Shown here one piece after another: positions 58,395 to 64,000 of a stretch of DNA of 64,000 bases. The notes under the pieces were generated by a model. The model was not told the origin of the DNA, did no database searches, and worked only from the letters and a program-made list of their open reading frames with translations. Within the stretch, counting starts at the first letter, position 1. Every line of letters begins with the position of its first letter. Both the position numbers and the translations under genes were made by a program. This DNA is from Octopus vulgaris (lineage: Eukaryota): NCBI GenBank assembly GCA_951406725.2, contig OX597818.1:67332001-67396000 (forward strand), in the 5' to 3' direction.

Positions 58395-58539
58395 GTACAT
58401 AAAAACAAATGCATACATATAAATTTATGCATATATATATATAAATACATATATATGTATATGTGTGTTTATATACATATTTACATACAAATACACACAT
58501 CATCATACAGAGACGCAAACACACACACACATATATATA

Positions 58540-58581
<42 letters not shown>

Positions 58582-58744
58582 TTTATATATGTGTGTGTGT
58601 GTATACGCACAAACATATATATATATACGTCAAATATCAAAAATATTAATATTAATAACAACAAAACCGACAACAATGTGAATGGAAAGGAAAGTGCAAT
58701 ATTAAAAAACATACATGATATTATGCTTCATTAGCAGACTAATA

Positions 58745-59155
58745 ATACAAAACCGGAAGTTACATTAGGTGGCACAGTAGATCCACTGTAGGGAATAACT
58801 ACACAAGCAAAGCTTTTGTACGAGCAGCCAGTCGACTGGAACGGAGCAGCTTATGTTATAAAGTAATTTTGTCACAGCTAGTCATTAGTTTCCGGAAGAC
58901 AATTCATCACGTTAGTTCAAATAGTTTTTGTTGTTTTATGGGGGTTTTTTTCTGTTTTGCTTTCTCTTTTCGTTCTTCCTTTCCTTTCTCTTTCTTTTTT
59001 TTCCATAAATTCCTGTGTTTATATACTTTTGCTCATGCAATACGAATCATTGGAAATGTTTCATTGCCATCCAGACAAATGTTAACTTGTTGAAAATGAA
59101 CGTGCTCGCTGCAGGCCTATCAGGTGAAAACAGTTTTTGAAAGGGGCGTGGGCAA
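58745..59155. promoter_or_regulatory. Candidate promoter region
   Basis: ETS consensus AACCGGAAGT at 58751-58760 and Sp/KLF box GGGGCGTGGG at 59143-59152 in a transposon-poor stretch; motif evidence only. Confidence 0.3.
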
Positions 59156-59999
59156 ATACCAAATGAACGTTTTTTTTCTTAAAGGGGAATCGCCAGTATA
59201 ATTGAAAATAGTGTTTGACCTGAAATCCGGCCTGCTTAGAAATGTAGTAGCTGCCAGCAAATAAAATATAGAGATTTTATTTTTAAATTAATAATATATT
59301 TCGCTATTGTTACCGACAGTCATATTGTTCACATTGATGTCAGAAACGGCATTGCGTTGTACTTAATGCCTTGTGATATTAAATTGTTTCTCTTTGCTAT
59401 ATAAGTTCAAATTCAGCCATTGGCAACTAAAATTATCGCTGTTTGGAGTTGGATAAAATTAGTAGTAGCAGGAAAAACGATTATCAGATTAAATACTTTG
59501 GCCTTTTGTCAAAGTATAAATACAAAAACAAGGTGAAGTTGAATGCAATGAAGAGTAACAGACAAGCTACTGGAATGATGAAATCTAGACAAAAATCTCT
59601 TTTTATTTAACCCTGAGAAAAGTCTCTTTCCGAAAATAGTACAGTAGGAAAATGAATGAAAGTCACTGCTACTTATTTTACATCATGGGCGTTCATAGAT
59701 TTATATTTCACTATGGAACATGTATTACTAGATTTTATTCTAACAAGTGCCCTTTCATATTTGGGATAAAAACTATCTATCTATCTATATCTATCTATAT
59801 ATTTCTGTCTGTCTGTCAGTTTATCTATATAAACTCAGTATATATATGCAAGTGGATGCGTATGTTTCTTTCGTGGATATCCGTGTGTGTGTGTGTGTTT
59901 GTGTCTGACTGTGTGTGTGTTTGTGTGAAGATAGTTTTACGAGTAGGTGTATTACGTAAACTTTAGGTTTGTTATTTAGCTCTGTTTTCTCTTTTCCAG

Positions 60000-60139
60000 A
60001 AGCGGAGCGAAATGGCATTTCGAAATGGCCAGCCTCTCTGTGCAGAGTCTGAAATGAATTGTTTCAGTAGGATTACTTCTTAAATGCGTGACAAGATGGA
60101 TAACCTACTGTTCTCTGGATACGTATTCAATTCAGCCAG
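60000..60139 (+). other. Candidate spliced exon (5'UTR or first coding exon)
   Basis: Acceptor tctgttttctcttttccAG at 59999; donor cag|GTacat at 60140; ATG at 60084 opens MRDKMDNLLFSGYVFNSA to the donor. Confidence 0.35.
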
Positions 60140-60599
60140 GTACATCATACATTGCAAGATTAATTTTTCATTTCGCAAATGTGAATTTGTTTACGTTATC
60201 TACATTCCAATTATGAAAAACTGCACGCTTGTTAGGTGCCAGATCCTTCCTCAAAGAGTTTTCAAATAATGGAAAATATATGACAACACACTCACACAGT
60301 GATACACACGCCAAAATATACAAACGCACATTAACAGACAGGCATCTATACATATAATGTAAATACATTTATGTATAAATACTTCTCTGCACATACGGTC
60401 TACAGATTGTGTACTTCGTTTCATATTATTACAAGTTCCCCAATAACAACCATTCATGTTCTGAGATAAAATGCCTCATTGTTCTGATTGCTTTAAGTCT
60501 TTATACGTGCTTTAGTTCTCAAACGATTTCAGCCCCCAAAAAAGCATTTTTGTCAGCTGAGATATGGCATTCACTTTAAATGTAATCGTTTATTCCTTT

Positions 60600-60980
60600 A
60601 ATTTTTTCAGTAATTTGACTGCGGCCATGCTGGAACACCGCCTTTAGTCGAGTAAGTCTTACTGTTTGTAAGCTTAGTACTTATTCTATCGTTCTCTTTT
60701 GTCAAACAGCTAAGTTACGGGGACGCAAACATACAAGCATCGGCTTTCAAGCGATGTTGGGAGAACAAACACAGAAACACAAACATATACACACGCACAC
60801 ACATATATTCATACACGACGGGCTTCTTTCAGTTTCCGTGTTCCAAATCCACTCACAAGGTTTTAGTTGACCTAAGGCCATAGTAGAAAACACTTGCCCA
60901 AAATGTCACGCAGTGAGACTGAACCCGGAACTATGTTGTTTGTAAGCAAGCTGCTTACCACGCAGCCACTCCTCTGCCTA
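60600..60980 (-). mobile_element. SINE family B, full-length copy
   Basis: Colinear with 32912-33390. Confidence 0.92.
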
Positions 60981-61520
60981 TATACTTACATATTTTCCTA
61001 TAATAATCACAGTTCAAATTATACCGACGCCTGCTTTATTTTCATCATTTTTTGAACGATAATGTAAGAACCCAAATAGTTCCTAGAATTGAATTACACT
61101 TCCTAAAACATGTGTGTCCTTCGATGTGTCTTAGAATACCTTAATTCCATCTTTGAGATTGGGGGTATAATCGGTATCCTTCTAGAAATGCTTCTATATA
61201 GTTCTGTATTCGTTTCTTAACGACCTCCATTTTCACATCCACTATTCCAAAGTCGATTAAACAAAGCAACTGACAACAATTTAACTGATTTGATTAAGTG
61301 CAACGTTTCCGAACATTTATCATTAAGCCTGTAGCCTTCATAGAAATTGTCATTTTTACTATAAAGTATATTTCCAAAAAGTACGTTATTTACATTATTT
61401 ACATTTCACGATATTTGTCCTCATCTTGTTTGTTAACACAATGTTTCGGCTGACATACCCTCCAGGCTTCATCAGGTATCTTGGGGAAATTTTGGAACTC
61501 GAGCTCTCATTCCTAAGGTA

Positions 61521-62810
61521 CGAGGAGCGTTCAATAAGTAATGCTCCTGACCCACTTCCCATAGCAGTAGAGCAAAAAAACTTGGCACAGTTATTAGTCT
61601 TTTTCTACATAGGAACCACCCAGAGTTACGCATTTCTACCATTGTTTGATGCAGCTCTGGAGACCGTTTTTATAGAAGACCCCAGCTTGGTCCTCCAACC
61701 TGAACGCGACTTCAGAAATCGAGGCTGCAGCATCTGGGAAACGCTTTCTTTTCAAAAACAACTTCATGACTGGGAAGAGGTGAAAATCAGGGGGTGCAAG
61801 GTCAGGAAAGTAGGGGGTGGGGGAGGAGTTCATAGCCATACGCCTGTGCTTCTGATCTGGTGACAAGCGAGTTGTGGACCGGAGCGTTGTCCTGCAGGAG
61901 GAAGATGCCTTTGCTGATCTTGCCCCGCCTCTTGATTTTGATAACTTCTCTTAATTTCCTCAAAAGTGAAGCATAATAGGCTCCTGCAATTGTGGTACCC
62001 TTTGCCAGGAAATCTGTCATAACTTCTCAGTCCTGGTCCCAGAAGACTGTGAGCATGACCTTGCCAGCGGAGGGCTGCACCCTTGCCTTCTTTGGAGGGG
62101 GTGAGTCACGGTGCTTGCACTGCATTGACTGGGCTTTGGTCTCTGGATCATAGTGATGGACCTAGATTTCATCCTGTGTAATCAGTCTTTCGAAAAATTT
62201 TGATTCATCTTCTTGGCACATCTCCAAATTCATCCTCGAGCACTCGATGCGTTCTTGCTTCTGGAAAGGCATGAGCAACCTGGGAATCCATCTGGCAGAC
62301 ATCTTTTGCATATGCAAATGGTCATGAATGATAGTTTCCACAGACCCGGTACTAATCTTGACCTCATGGGCTATTTCGCGAATAGTTATGCGTCGATCTT
62401 CCAAAATGGCAGCCTCAACTTGATGGACAGATGCCTCATCAATGGCAGAAGGGGGCGACCAGATCTGGGAGCTGTTTCCACAGAGTTCCGACCATGTTTG
62501 AATTCACGATGCTAGCGTTTTACAAGGTCATATGATGGGGCATCATCACCATAAGTTACTTTCATTTCATCAAAAGTCTCCCGTGGTGTGCGTCCTTTCA
62601 AATACAAAAACCGGATCACTGCTCGACACTCAACAGGCTCCATTTAACACTTGACTCGGTTCAAACACCTGTAAAGAAGAAACCACAATTAATTCAGTGC
62701 TGTAATTTGCCACTTACTCTATAGAGATATAAATGATTGCACGTGCAAAATTCCAGCTAGATCAAACAACTGCAAGTGGGTCAGAGGCATTACTTATTGA
62801 ACGTCCCTCG
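61521..62810 (-). mobile_element. Full-length mariner DNA transposon (1290 bp), TA target duplication
   Basis: TIRs cgaggagcgttcaataagtaatgctcctgacccactt and aagtgggtcagaggcattacttattgaacgtccctcg; TA at 61519-61520 and 62811-62812. Confidence 0.96.
61600..62643 (-). pseudogene. Mariner DD34D-type transposase pseudogene
   Basis: MEPVECRAVIRFL...PRSGRP, ARWIPRLL, ITQDE, LQDNAPVH, PYFPDLAPPDFHLFP; three in-frame stops and a frameshift near 61815. Confidence 0.93.
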
Positions 62811-64000
62811 TATTTTACGATTGTGTTGCTATTGTTGCTGTTGTTGTTGTTATTATTATTATTATTATTATTACTATTATTATTCAGGTGGCTGCCTGGA
62901 ATCGAACTCGAAATCTTGGGGTTAGTAGACCCCGCTCTTAACCACTAGGCATTTAAGTTAGTCGATCAACATTAACTAAGACGTCGGCAAGATTTGAACT
63001 CGTAAATCTTGTGAGGATTTCATTAATTTTTCTTTTTGAAACGCACTTCGTTTTCTTCCTACATCAGTATTTCTATGTGAAACCTGAAATTTCCCACTTT
63101 CATCTCTTTAGTAAGCTTTTGAAAACCTGGACATTTCTGTGAATCAGGTCATTGACTGAGCAGTCAAACATACTAGAAAGCAATTAAAGCACATAATTAA
63201 CATTGTGCTGAAGAAATTATCGAAGTACTTATGTCTCGTTAGCTCCAACTACTTAGAGACGTAGTTCATTGGAAATGGTGAGGGGAACAATGTCTGAGAT
63301 GTGTTACAGGTAAGCTTTCTTGTAAACAAATTTTCATCGTAGCTGGTGAAAAATGTTACAAATACATTTAATTCTCCAAAATATACTACAACGAACCAAA
63401 ACGAAGAAATATAAACTGTAGTCTACCTGCCTGAAAGAGCAGCCAAAATAACCTCCCATCAAGTTGTCTTAAAAACTGGGAAATGAACAGAAGCCTGCAG
63501 CATATTTACCCTTGAATATGTTACCTCTTGCTGATACAGACAAAGCGCGATACCACTATTAGTATCTCATCGGTTTTTTTCACTCACGGTGACCTGAATT
63601 TGACGATACCATTAATTCGGCAAAACCAAAGCTGTAGAGAAATAGAAACGGTAAGTCTAAACTTCAGAAAGTATATGAAAACCGAAGTGGAGAATACATT
63701 GATGAAGGAAACTGGATTCTGTATTAATGATAGAAGGATACACTATCAGACACTATATAGTCTACCTTACTAAGCTGACAAATTTTGCTCGCAAGATATG
63801 ATAAAAATTAACATGATACCTTCATTGCAGAATCAAAAATGTTACATAAATGTTGTCCATGACTATATTGATAGATACCTGCAGGCAGGTACCTTTGCCA
63901 TTGATAGGGCTTTATAGAAGCATTTTATACCAAAATGGCCTCACCCCAAAATTCCCTTTTTTTATTCTTGATCATCTCTCTCTCTCTCTCTCTCTCTATC

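Larger units (their letters stand above)
61381..62950 (-). mobile_element. SINE family D copy split by a mariner insertion (tail 61381-61520, head 62811-62950)
   Basis: Joined halves give ctcattcctaaggTAttttacgat, matching the reverse complement of 45575-45600; decayed hammerhead at 61435-61480. Confidence 0.85.

Noticed and set aside
61600-62643. Rescue of mariner TAG stops by A-to-I editing (UAG to Trp)
   Set aside because: A TGA at a probable Gly codon and a frameshift remain, so editing alone cannot restore the protein

Overview
AT-rich, microsatellite-saturated animal genomic DNA. The repeat types point to a coleoid cephalopod, most likely Octopus; this is inferred, not proven. I find no confident host protein-coding gene: almost all ORF-track entries are translated microsatellites or transposon debris. 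One candidate spliced exon and promoter lies near 58.7-60.1 kb. The window holds (i) at least four tRNA-headed SINE families, (ii) several 5'-truncated R4/Dong-like RLE LINEs sitting in (TAA)n tracts, (iii) one full-length dead mariner plus older mariner, RTE, CR1 and Penelope remnants. The main unannotated signal is a dense, diverse set of about 15 short elements carrying minimal type I hammerhead-ribozyme (HHR) folds of the Penelope-like (PLE) pseudo-LTR kind. Their 3' ends mostly run into (TA)n arrays, and they often occur as inverted pairs joined at their 5' ends. Some families carry non-canonical cores shared by both copies seen: covariant G3:C8 and U3:A8 pairs, and A6U. One family is a tRNA-headed SINE with an HHR tail. 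All folds were read by eye and ribozyme activity is untested.
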